A stretch of 64,000 nucleotides of DNA from Thalia democratica (taxonomy: Eukaryota): positions 32,302,001 to 32,366,000 of the forward strand of contig OZ241833.1 of NCBI GenBank assembly GCA_965202585.1, read 5' to 3'. This document shows positions 1-12,338 of this stretch, one piece after another; the first letter of the stretch is position 1; the number at the start of each line of letters is the position of its first letter. The notes beneath the pieces were generated by a model that did no database searches, was not told where the DNA came from, and was given only the letters and a program-made list of their open reading frames with translations. The position numbers were made by a program, and so were the translations under genes.

Positions 1-3000
1 AATTTCAAAAAATGTTTTTATTTTAAATCACTACTAGTATTACTTTAAAATACTTTTCTACTTTTTAATTAACAAACCCTTATCTTCAAGATCCTAATAA
101 AATTACAGTCCATTCTTTATAAGAATCTAACTAAACGTGTTTTTAAACTATTTACTTAAATAAAAGTCGAAAATAATCTCAATCAAATTTAAAACCACAT
201 TAATTCCAAAACATAATATGTGTCTAGTCAATTCTAATAATTATATAAAAGAAAAATCTACTTTCAAGTTTATTACAATTTCATATAGTAAAATTTGAGT
301 ACTAAAACAAAAATTACTTGGTTTTACTTGACTGTTTACTATTAACTATAAATAAAATTTATTAAATATTATGTACAAACACCTTTATTCTAAAGTAAAA
401 TAAAACTTTTACAGTAAATTTGCATTTGAATAAACAAGTTTAACAAATATGAAAAAGTAAAAATTAAATCATAACTAATGTAAAAATGTACAAACAAAAA
501 AGTTATCTTTGAAAAAAAGTCTGTGCAAAGTTTACAAAACAATTTGCTGAGCAATAAAAACAAATAAAAACTATTGAGACGAAACACAAAAGCATATGTG
601 TTTAAAGATAAAAAGAAACTTAAGTTTAATGAGAGTATATTTTTAAAAGCTTTTAATATAAGCCCTTACGCACAATGTAATTTAATCCAGGTGGTTTTAA
701 GTGCATATAAGTAATTATATTAAGTTAAATAAATCATTTTATACATTTTTTTCTAGTTACTTTGGGATTAATCAATAACAAGTAATTTTTAATTAAACTT
801 TATATTAAAACTGTTTTAAAAAAACAAAGTTAGCTAGCTAAAACAAAAAGCTAATTCTTTTAATCTTTTAAACTATCTTAAGTCTTTGTTGAATGAATCA
901 TTATGAAAGTATCTAAGCTTTCAATACATTAATTTTAAATTTGGTATAAAAAGTATTTGGAATGTTATAATATTTTCTTCAGTAATCAATAAAAACTTTC
1001 CAAAAAGTAGAATTCACAACGCATGCATTTCTTTAAATATGCATTTTTTCATGAATATTTCATAATGCAAGCTGTAGTAAACTGCTGCAATAACATTTTT
1101 ATGCTGTTCATTTCATTTTCTGTTTCATTTTCTTACATAACTTAGAACTTTTCTTTTTTATAAGTATACGATTTTTAGTTTTATGTTTATTTTTTCTTAT
1201 TTACATTGTTTTCTTTGTACTAATTTTTTGTTAAGCAACAGACAAAAAAGTGCTTTTTGTAATAAGATTTTATTTTTTGTAACAAACAGCTGAACTATAT
1301 GATTTAAGTTTATAAATTAATTTTTTGTTTATTGCAATCTACTAAATCAAGCAATCGTTTTTGACCAAATTTTAGAAAAATGACAAAGTTTTCCAACATC
1401 TTAAAAAACAAGATAAAACTTCAAAAAACTATTAACTTAGATTAAATAAAGATTAACTTTGTTGCTTTTAAAATAAATACTATTATGTTTGGCTAACTAA
1501 ATTAATATTTTTAGACTATATAAGCATTGACTTCAATTACATACAAAAGTAACAAAACACGTTAACACTTAATAACAAAAACTACTAATGTAATAACAAA
1601 CTTTTTTTACAAACTAACTTATATAAGCTTTACACATTGAATAATATAAAACATTCTAAGCACTACTAACCGCAAACAATTAAGCTATGAACAAACCATT
1701 ACAATGCAAACTGCCTTCAAAAACAACTAATTACTAAGGTGCTGTAACAACAAAAACCGGTATTTTGCCTCATCAAAAGTTGTTATTAACTGCTTCTCTC
1801 TTGGTAATAAAAATTCGAGTGCTCAATAACTTGCTGGTTGAGAGAAAAACGAGAAAAGCGGATGTGACTGTAATATGACGTAATAACCAACTGCCACCAT
1901 TGCAACTTTTTGCTCGTTTTTGTTTTAGTTATTTTCTTTTCTGTTTGATCTCTGTTTGGAGTTTTCGCTGTGATCTGATACGACTCAATTGAATTAAGTT
2001 GTAGCTTGAAGGTATTGCGCGAAATTTAAGTTTCAGAAATTTTCGTTTGAACAACATGATTTGAATTATTCAATACTTGATGTGTTATAAACTGTTGTAC
2101 AAGAAATGGTTTTCTGCTCATTTTTAAAACTAACTAAATTAAACTTTAAAAATTACTAAATTAGAAAATTAGTTGTAATTTTTTTAATAGTAGTACTATA
2201 AAACTTTTAAACTTAATTATTTTTAAAATTGAACTTTTTTTAATAAGGCTCTAAAAAGCTACACAAATATTTTAATGCACCTGTCTTTTATTATACGAAA
2301 ACCAGTTTACAAATGTGCTTTACTGAATACAAAAACAAACATATGTAAAACCCAGCAAAATATTTACAGTTGTTATTTGTACTTTGTACCTGAATAAGAT
2401 TGAATTTACCATTCTTTATAAACAAAAACATTTAAATTACAATAAAAAGAGTAAACAACATTTTATTGTATGCTATATTTTTTTATCCTTAAGCACAAAT
2501 AATGGTTTTTTTGAATCAAAAAGAAAATAGCTAATACTTAAATCGACCATTGTAATTATACTTTATTTAAAAATCATTGAACATAGTACAATTGTAGAAG
2601 CTTTACAAAATCTTGGTTTATTTTCTGAAGTAAGTAAGTGAGAAGGTTGATCAAGAAATTTTATAAAAAGTTAAGACATAAATCTATATTCGTCAATAAC
2701 TTGTATTGTAATTTTTCCAATACTATGCAAAATAGTTTAAAGAAAATATAAAATGTTCTTACAGGTTTGAAAAAAACGTTTACTTAAGCAGTTACTAGCG
2801 TCATACAACTTACAAATAATAGAACAACGAATAAAATATAGTTGATATTAATAACTTATAATCGGTTAATGGAATAATGTTGGAATTATTATGTTTTTTT
2901 TTTTTTCTCCTATTATTTGACAAGTTGTGGTTAATACATTACCTTATTAGGCTTATTCTATTAACAGATTAATAATGAACTAGAAAAGATTAAAACTAGA

Positions 3001-4701
3001 TAAATAAAAAACTAGAAAACATTATTTCGTCTTAATTAGCATAGCTGTTTTAAAATTTATTCAAAGCAATATGTTTTGCATTTAAAAATTTATTAGCTTA
3101 CGATTGTATAAGATACTAGCTGATACTTTTTTCAAAGAGCTTATACAAATGTTTTTGTTATATTTCCTACAATTTGCAATATTTTACCAATATTCGGGCG
3201 GTTTTAATTTTATTTTCAGTTCGTCCTTTTGAACTAAAAAACAGTTTTTTTTTTCTTTAGCTGGCTCAGTTAATTCGCTTTACTTCAAACGAAAACAACT
3301 TGTTGTGTGAAAAGCTTTTTTTTTCTCTTTTTGAATACATTTATTTTTTACTACCTTCGGCATTATCCCACACATAATTTATTTTTCTTTTAAATTATTA
3401 TTTGTTTTGTCATAAAATACATGCTATAAAAAAATAAACTTAAATTTGCTTAAATTGTCTCGTTAGTTTTTTAAGTTTTGTGAGTATGCATTACACTAAG
3501 GATATCTTTTTGATTATAACTTTTGGGTATATCAATAATTTCTGTTTACTGTTTTTTATTGTTACAATCTACATTAACTTCCACTATAATTGACAATAAA
3601 AATATAACAATAAAATGTTAAAAAAGGCAACGTACTTAAAGTAATTAAATATTTTTATCATATTTACCAGAAAATAATCAACTCTGTTTTGTTTTTTAAT
3701 TGTAAATTCAAGGTCTATACTTTCGAAACAAAAATGTAATCTGTTTAACGCATCTACGAAAAAAAGTATTAAAATACGTACGTTTATTCAGTGACTTCTT
3801 AAGTTATATTGGCATAATTAGAGCTAGTTCTAGGTTTATAGATGTAGAATAAAAATTTTACAACTTATAAAGCTCATAATAACTTATCTGAAATGAACTT
3901 TAACAAGTGTTGTTGAAAACAATCATATTATCAAAATAACTAAATAAATATGTACAACTTATGATAACGACCAAAACTAGTAGCTTTATTTAAATAACTG
4001 AAAAAAAACTAAAAACTATATTACTAACAAATTTTTTTTTTTATTATCTAAATTATCGCTACAACACTTTTACCATAACGTCAGTTTCATAATAAAACAT
4101 AGTTATTGTTATTTTAATTTTTTTGTTTTTTGTTTTTTTTTTGTGAAAGCAAATAAACTTTTTCTCTAGAAATTACAAGCTACATAAGGTCTGAACTAAT
4201 TAAAATTTTGACGGGTTAAATTTCTACTTTCCAGGCAGAATTTATAAAAAAGATAAAATTGTTAAAGACAGTAGTGTATGTATTAGTTTTGTTTGTGTAA
4301 ATTTATCACATAGAGTTTAAAAATCAAAACTATGTATGCTGTATACGCATTATATACACATATAACAAAAAATAAATTTTAAAGCCGTAAGTTTTAAACC
4401 TTTTATACAAAGAAAAATGGTATTACACATCTAATTTACCAACAGAATACTAACAATAGATTTTATTTCTACTTGAGAACTTTTTATTGTTATCAGTTTG
4501 CTGGAAGCTAGGAATAAAACAAAATCAAGCTATTTTTTACTAGTAGTAAACAAAATTTAAAATGAATGATCAACATAAAGACTTATAACAATTACTAAAT
4601 CAACATAACATTAAACTTTTATTGTTGTATAAATTCATATTAACTAGTTGTTAAAACCTCCTCATACCGTTTTTCTTTACAAGCTGATATTTTACTCCCA
4701 C

Positions 4702-4784
4702 CTTGCTCCTCTTCTTCCTCCTGTACTTAACTCCGTATTGTGGACGTTGAAATCCATTTTGTAGATCCCTATGTCTCGATCGTA
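4702..4784 (-). CDS. Candidate isolated exon of an unidentified minus-strand gene (YDRDIGIYKMDFNVHNTELSTGGRRGA.. or RSRHRDLQNGFQRPQYGVKYRRKKRSK)
   Basis: GC-enriched 83-nt block in AT-rich DNA, bounded on the - strand by taacag| and |gtggga (the same donor hexamer as MEGF6 exon 2). Two frames are open. No homology recognised. Confidence 0.3.
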
Positions 4785-7222
4785 CTGTTATTTTAGTACT
4801 TCGAAATAGCTTACAAGCTGTAACAAAAGTTTTAAAAGTCTTAAGTATTTTAACCTTATCGTTGTGTGTGCTAATCTTTTAAATTTAGTTTCTTTTTATA
4901 GCTAATTTCCACTGGCTAGCGCTAATGAGTATAGCGATTAAGTGTGAGATACACTTGGTTGAGTAACATTCGTTTATTGAAGCTCAGTATTAGATATTTT
5001 AGTTTGTACATTATATGTTGTTTAATACTTTTAATTTTACATATATTTTTTAACTAACAAGCTTAAGTATTTTAATTTCATTTAACAAGGTAAAATAAGG
5101 TTAAAAGATCTATAACTTTTCAATCATACTTTGATATCAACTTATCTAAAAGTGTTTAACTTAGCTTACACTGATTCACTTAAACAACGATCATAAAGCT
5201 TATAAGTAACAACAAATAAAACTAAACCAAACAAATATAAAACAAGAGAAAACTTATCAACAAGTAACAAAAAGAAACAAAACGCACTTTGACATTTGAG
5301 AACATTAAACTAGTTTATTAGTTTAGATTTGTAAGGCTAACCGCTAGTAACTGCTATTGAGTATAGCAAGTCATTATGCATACAAAAACGAAATCAGCGA
5401 TATAAACAACTCAGTTGTACTTAGCTGCTTTCATTAATTGTTATTAGCTTAATATATTAGCTCGTATACTAAATTTTTTAATTTGAACTGTAATGTTTAT
5501 TCTTAAACTAAATTGTACCTGGTAAACTAAATTATAAAGATAAGAAGTATAAACTCCGAAAATTTTTAAAAGAAAAAATAGACTCAAAATAATTTGATAT
5601 CTTTTAAATTTTACCCAGTTGTAGGTATTAAAAAATTATACAGTTCAAAGAAGGATATGCGCTTAGAAAAATCAGTACCTACGAAAACCGCAAAAGGAAA
5701 TCGTTTAACCGTATATGACCTTTCACCCCTAAATCAATGACATGGTTTGAGAACTGACCTTAGTGTCAATGATCTCGTTTTTACTTAGTTTATATAAGTT
5801 TTAACTCAGCGAAGCGACAAACAGTCGCAAACACTAATTGTTATGAACAACAGGTTATACACAATAGTTAAGTTTAAAACGTATTCAAGCTAAACTTGTT
5901 AGTTATCAAAAAATAAAATTAAAATACAAGTTATGTTTTTTAATTTTTGTATATAAGTCTAAAGAAAGTTTCTTCTCAAAATTTTCGACTTAATTTCCTA
6001 CTTTTTAGATTTATAAGTATATTTATCTTCATCATCGATTGTACTTTAAGGGATATATTCAGCTGTATTTTCATCTTGTAGTCACTTTATTCTGAACTGT
6101 TTTTGTTATTATTTAAGCCTTAATTTAAGACAAAAGTCAATTTAAAACAGTTTTAACCACCAAAAAATAACTTACTGCGCTATGACATTTTACTTAACTT
6201 AGTCACTTTATACTTTTTTAATACTAATGAAGGTTAACACAACTCGACTATTTTTTAAATTCATATAAAACATACTTTAAAAATCATCTAAAAATGAAAA
6301 GCTGTATATTGTTAAGAAAACACATATTTACATGTTTAATTTAGTCAATTAAAAAAAACTGTTCTAGACATGAAAATAAGATTAGTTTTTTTCCTATTAC
6401 AGCAGGAGCTTATTTTTTTAGAATTAAATAAAGTAATAATTGATTTGAAAATATGCATCATGTTATGTATTACAGAATTTTTTTTTATACTTGTACAATC
6501 TAGTGTGCTATATTAAAAAGCATAGTTTTTACTTGCTTGCATTCCTAAATCAATGTGTTCTTGAATACCAAAACCTAAGTATCCATAATCTCAAAAGCTT
6601 CATTTTTTTGTTGACACTTACAAACCTAATATTTTGTTAGTAATTAATAAATGTTACCATGTTTATACTTGACTATGTAAACGAAAGGTTAGAAAATCAT
6701 TAATGATAACTAATAGTTATTATTATTAGTAATTTTTATAATAGTTAAACTAATTCAACAAACAAAACAATGAAACAAAAGGAAGGTTTTTAGTATTAGC
6801 ATGACACAATAACTATCATATTCTCTAAGTTTAACAAATAACAAAACAGGCCTTTTCCCAAATTTCTTCAGCTTTAGGATTTTTAACAGTGCAGTGAGCC
6901 GCAATTTTTTTTTAATTTCTGATACCAAGTGAACGGACAGTGTACCAGGCTAATTTTTAAAATCTTCATAAAATCTCATAAAAATTTTAATTGGAAACTT
7001 GTTTTAAGTTTCTTAAACTATTAAACTGGTTAGTGTAAAATATTACTAGAATTTGAGTTTAATTGTGTTCAATTTTGTTTTTATCTTAACAAGATTTATG
7101 GACACAAAATCAAGTTCAAATTATGATAGCAATACCTAGTTTTATTTGTATAGGTTTTCAAATGAAACGTTCAATTTTTTACACGTCTCTTAACCAATAC
7201 TAAACAGATTTTTTTTTTAGAT

Positions 7223-7268
7223 CAGGGAAAACTGCAGCCCTCAAAGTCAAAATATGCGGCCTGCGAGG
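7223..7268 (+). mobile_element. Degenerate hAT (Charlie-type) non-autonomous element 5' end
   Basis: cagggaaaactgcagccctc...atatgcggcctgcgagg resembles the typical hAT MITE terminus CAGGG..AAACTGCGGCCCGC..ATGCGGCCCGCGAG, recalled from family knowledge. No partner end or TSD found. Confidence 0.4.
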
Positions 7269-9835
7269 TACTTTTCAGCTAAAAATAAACCTTTTAAATT
7301 ACTAAAAAGAAAATTTATTGTGCTAAAATCTAAAAAAAGGCTTTAACTTAATGATTACATTGTTTTTAAGTTACAATACAATCAAGTAATCTTCAAGAAA
7401 TATATTCCTCAGTTCTAAAACAATATACATTTTTTAAAGCTTTGTTAAACTATCTGCTAGATTGTGCTGTTATCAGCTGTATTACATAATAAATTTGGTA
7501 ACAAAGGCCACAAAGGGGTTAAATATAAGTATTTTTAATTTTAAAACTTTTTAACGAACTTTACTCAATTATCAGATATTGTTTTATTGCTAAAATATTA
7601 AAGTTAGTTTTTAAGTAAACGCAGCAAAGTTAGAAGCCTTAATGGTTTTTTTAAACTAAACTCTAATAGAAAAAGCAAGTAAGATTATTTCTAAAAATTC
7701 TATCCACTTGTTAACATTTAAACCTTTTTAAAAAATTACCAGACAGTTAATTACATGGACCACCCATTCAAATAAAAAAAAATATTAGCTTTAGTCTTAT
7801 AAAACTATTTTAATAAATAACAGTTTAATTATCAAAATAATCTGAAAAGTTTGTTAAACAATACGTAGTACAAAAAGTTTATAGATTGTTATAGAAATGG
7901 TTACTCAAACTTTACACTTCTTGCTTTTAAGTAAGAAAAAAAAATACATGTTTCTAAGGATTTTGATAGAACAGGTCCAGTTTTAGTATTGTGAACCTTT
8001 TTATTGTAACTTATTTGTACATATATATGTATAAAGTAAGTTGTAATTTTTGTTTGATAACAATTCGTCTATAGTCTACTATATTTAAACTATCATGCAA
8101 CAACAGTATTAAATTCTTCTGAAAAAATTCGTTCCTTAAAATCATAAAGTTAAACTGACTGAAAAACAAACTGACTGAATGAGTATTTTGACTAAAATTT
8201 TTTGAACAAGGTAAAATAAAAGTTTACTTTTCATAGAAACTTTCGAAACTGATTTAATTGTTTTATACAAGCAAAACTTTTGGTTGAACATTTTTTATAA
8301 TAAAGTTCTTGGTAGTTTTCAAAACTATTATTCTTGTTAAGTAGTCACTATTAAAATCTAACAAAATCAGCTTCTTTGATCAAAAATTAGCCTGAATTAT
8401 ATCAAAATAAACTAAGTCAGCCTTAGCTTATAACAAAAATAAAGCTGAAAAAAAAGTAGTACTAGACATAAACTGATCGAACTAATATTAATCAAGCTTT
8501 AATAACTAAAACTATAATCTTAATACTTTATAGTAACATATTACATATATAAAAATAAATTAAGATAAATAGTTTTGAAATTATTATAACAACCCTTATG
8601 TGAATTGCATAGCACCTTAAAAATTCGATCTTCAAGTTTTTGATTAGAAATTTTAAAGTTTATGACTTTCTGTAACTTTTTATCACTTTTTTTTTCTGAA
8701 TATACCAACAAGTGCCTCCATTAAACTCTCTTCAAGTCGTTATAAAACACGTAGAATGTGTTTTTGTGATAATTGCTACATCTAGAAAATTTTTTAATTA
8801 AACACTTGACGGTCGAATTTTAGAGTTTCCACACAATTTACATAAAGATGGTTTTTAAAAAACATCAAAAGCGCAACAGTGGTAAAAGCAAGGGAGCTTT
8901 ATTTTTGTGGTTTATGATAAATCCTTACGCAAAAAAAAAAGAAAAAACATTTTAATTGCGCTACTTACAAATTTTCATTTTTGAGGCAACAGATGAACTG
9001 TACATACACAATCTATAAAAAACTAAATCAACATTGGTTATATTAAAGCAGACTCAAGCATTTTTATCAGTTATTACTTTACTTTTTTTTCTTTTATTAA
9101 TAAAGCTTCTTTATAAGCTAATATAACACTAGTTTTAAACTATTAAAAGCTTTGAGAATAAAATGTCATTTATATGCATTTTAGTAAAGATGTTATATAT
9201 CGAAATAGACAAGATAAATGGTAAGAAAAGGAAATTAAAAGTGTTGAAAATCGAAAACAAGAAAATAAGATCTAAAAAACCATACATAAAAGCACTCGGA
9301 AGTCTACTTCAGTAAAGTCTTATGTTATTATTATAATTATGGTTCAAAAATAACTGTCTTGGTTAACTAAAAGTTTTTATCTAGCTACCACATTATTCTA
9401 ACCATTAAAAATTGCCTCACGTTTTAATAATTTTTTCAAGCTTATTGAGACAGTGATTTTATTTTGTTTTTTAAGTACTTTTATCAAGTCAACACAGAAA
9501 GTTCCTTCAGTTTAAAAAATTTTAATTTAAACTAGGAACAAATATAAAATAAACAGCTATATTGATTTAAAAAAATAAGACTAAACTTTTTTAAAAAATT
9601 AATAATTAAAAATCACATAAATTACATTTCTTTTTAAGTAACGAGTAGAATATGTGTTTTAGAAACTATTTTTAACCATAAAGTCAACCCTTTTAACAAT
9701 CAAAAACATACACAAAAACAAAAATTTTAGGACTCGGATGCTTTCTTCATCAGTTTTAATTCATTAAAAATCTTCAGCAGATTTCAAACTTACAGTAGAT
9801 ATTTTTGTTGCGATGAGTAAAAACTGAAATTACAA

Positions 9836-9905
9836 GTGAGGTCGGCGAATACTTTTTATTTTTGAAAAATGGCCCGTGACCACCAATCGCCTGACGACCC
9901 GTGGC
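9836..9905 (+). mobile_element. hAT-like relic, dispersed repeat copy 1
   Basis: gaggtcggcgaatactttttatttt..ggcccgtg..gacgaccc. Shares actttttatttt+ggcccgtg with 43291-43318. The 5' end resembles CAGGGGTCGGCAAACTTTTT-type hAT ends. Confidence 0.4.
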
Positions 9906-10428
9906 TTATAAAGTCCTACGCGAGTAAAAGTTTTGTTTTTATTATCACTGGTAGTAAAATATTTATTTGCAAACTTAACTAAGCATTAACAATGTCATTA
10001 AACTATTAAATACCAACGGGTCCACTTAAACAAAATATTGTTTACAAGAACCTTTCGTCTTTTACTACTTTAAACGATATAAACTTCAATATAATTGAAA
10101 TATAACGAAAAAACATTAAATGTTAGTTTATAACATTACAAATTGTAATGTTTAACTTACTTTTTTTAAATATTTTACGTTGAGCGATGGTAATACCTTA
10201 TCTAAAACAAAAAATATACTTAAAAGTCAGTCTGAGCTTAAAAAAGCTGAGTCATAAAATTTTTTAAAGCTTTTTCTGATAAAAAAAAATAATGCCATTA
10301 TTCCTAACCCACCTTACTCAAAGACAAAAAAGTTAATCAAAAAATAAAGTTAAAATAACTAAAATTAAAAACTGCATGAAAAAGAGCTTCTTTCTTTCCT
10401 AATGTAGCTTATTTAAGCTTAAACTGAC

Positions 10429-10502
10429 CTTAAAGTGTGCTGGCCATCTAAAACAAAACATATTCAGCTTAATCCTGCGAACATCGGTCCGATTGGTACA
10501 GT
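10429..10502 (-). CDS. Candidate minus-strand exon (xCTNRTDVRRIKLNMFCFRWPAHFK)
   Basis: aattacag| ... aag|gtcagt, 74 nt, only one open frame (phase 1 in, phase 0 out). Phase-compatible with 4702-4784. No homology recognised. Confidence 0.25.
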
Positions 10503-12324
10503 CTGTAATTAATGTTATTAGACTATTTTTTATTAAAAATATACTCTCAACAAAACACTTCTCACAATATTGTCTTTTACTTTCAATCAAGTTTTCAAGA
10601 AAACATACTTTAAATTTTTTTTGTTAAGGTTAGGTCATAAACTGCAATTCAACATTTCCCATACTTTTAAGCATCAAACAGATATACTAATAATCATTTC
10701 AAGACGTTTTTATGATGATCTATGACAAGTTTTGTTAAACTTCAAATAGATTTTATTTAAATAAAAGCTTCTTTTTAAAACGTTTACATATTTCATACAG
10801 CTGCGGTTGTGAACGAGTTGTTAATCATTTGAAAAACAAAGCAGTGGTCAATTAAGAAGATTTAAACGTAATTTGGCCATGGTTGATACCAAATACCGGA
10901 AATGAGATGTAAGCTCTAATTGTATGCTTAAAAAGTGATCATTAACTATTAATACAAACATTAAGTAAACAGTTTTTTATGCTTGAGAATGCAGTTATTT
11001 TTACTCAAGGAAGTAAAAAGAAATATATACTTTTTTTAAACTTTTTTCTACTATTAAAAAGTTACCTTACCGAATTAAATGTATTTCAAAAGTCAATAAA
11101 GTGTATTAAAAAGGTCAACCATAAGTACACGTGTGAAGTTTTGTTTTGTTGTTTGAGCATAAATGTTGCGCAAAAATAAAAACCTTACCAACTTTCACAT
11201 AAAACAGCTTTTCATGTCTTAATGTTACAAATACATAAATTTAAGTCTAGGAGTTAGTTTAAGTCTAAACTTTAACTTAATTACAAAATTTAATTTTTTC
11301 ACATCATGTTTTAAGTTAAAAACAACACAAGTATGTTACTTAAATCATAACATTTATTTAGTATGTATATCAAAAAAATAAATAAAGATGTCCAAGAAAA
11401 AACTATAAAAACTTATTTATATATTAAACTTTTGAAAAAAAACTAGAAACAAACGATAACAAATATACAGCAAATAGATAAATAGGAAATTAAATATAAA
11501 TGCTGACGTAAAAAAGTGAACCTTTCTTATAATTAAGTTTTACATGCAAATAAAAAGTTAAGTAAACAAATATAATACACTGCTAAATTATTACAATTTT
11601 TTCACGTACACAAAATACCTGGTTTCATATGAACTTTAAAACCATAAGTAAGCTACGTTTTTATACTATTCTTTTGATTGTAAAATAAAAACAACTAAAT
11701 TCTAAGAAAATAATCATTCTAAAACAAAAACAACTAATTTTTAGTGTGTTATTATTTCTATAATCTTAAATCCGATATGAATGTCTATGTTTTGAAAATA
11801 AAAAATAAATGTAATCTACAATCTTTCTTGGTCAGAATAGGTTTTAAAAGCTAAAGATATCAAAGATAAAAGACATGTTTATAGAACTTTAAAATAAACA
11901 CAAAGTTAATTGAAGACGAAGCTATAAACTATAAATAAGTCATAATACAAAACAGATATGAAAAATTATGGTCATTATGCTTTATTTAACTATTAAATAA
12001 AGCATAATGACTTTAATTTTTTATATCTGTTTTGTAACAACTTTTAAACAATTTTTTAAACTTTATAACGATTTTTCTGTTTCAAAAAGCAACAAAACCA
12101 TGAGTTTAAAATGCTCATAGCTAAAAAAATTATCAGAAATCCATTCAATAAGTTAACAGTTATTGCTAGATATTCTCTCTTATTGATAAGAATTTCTACT
12201 TTAAAATAAATGTTTATATTTCTAAGTTTATTTGTGTTGAACTTGAAAGCTAAGCAGTAAAAACACCTAAAATATGTTTAATATGCTTCTTATTTTCAAG
12301 CACTAAATTAAACAAAACAACCAA

Positions 12325-12338
12325 CCGCTAGATGGCGC
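12325..12338 (+). promoter_or_regulatory. CTCF-like core motif
   Basis: CCGCTAGATGGCGC matches the CTCF core CC(A/G)(C/G)YAG(A/G)(T/G)GGC(A/G)(C/G). It sits at the left edge of the first CpG-containing block. Confidence 0.55.

Noticed and set aside
4702-4784. Resemblance of YDRDIGIYKMDF to ribosomal protein uL5/L11 YDPSIGIYG(L/M)DF
   Set aside because: The similarity is limited to about 12 residues, the downstream sequence diverges, and no other L11 exons were found.
5644-5710. Plus-strand exon candidate FKEGYALRKISTYENRKRKSFN
   Set aside because: Weak donor (C|gtatat), no partner exons and no recognisable homology.
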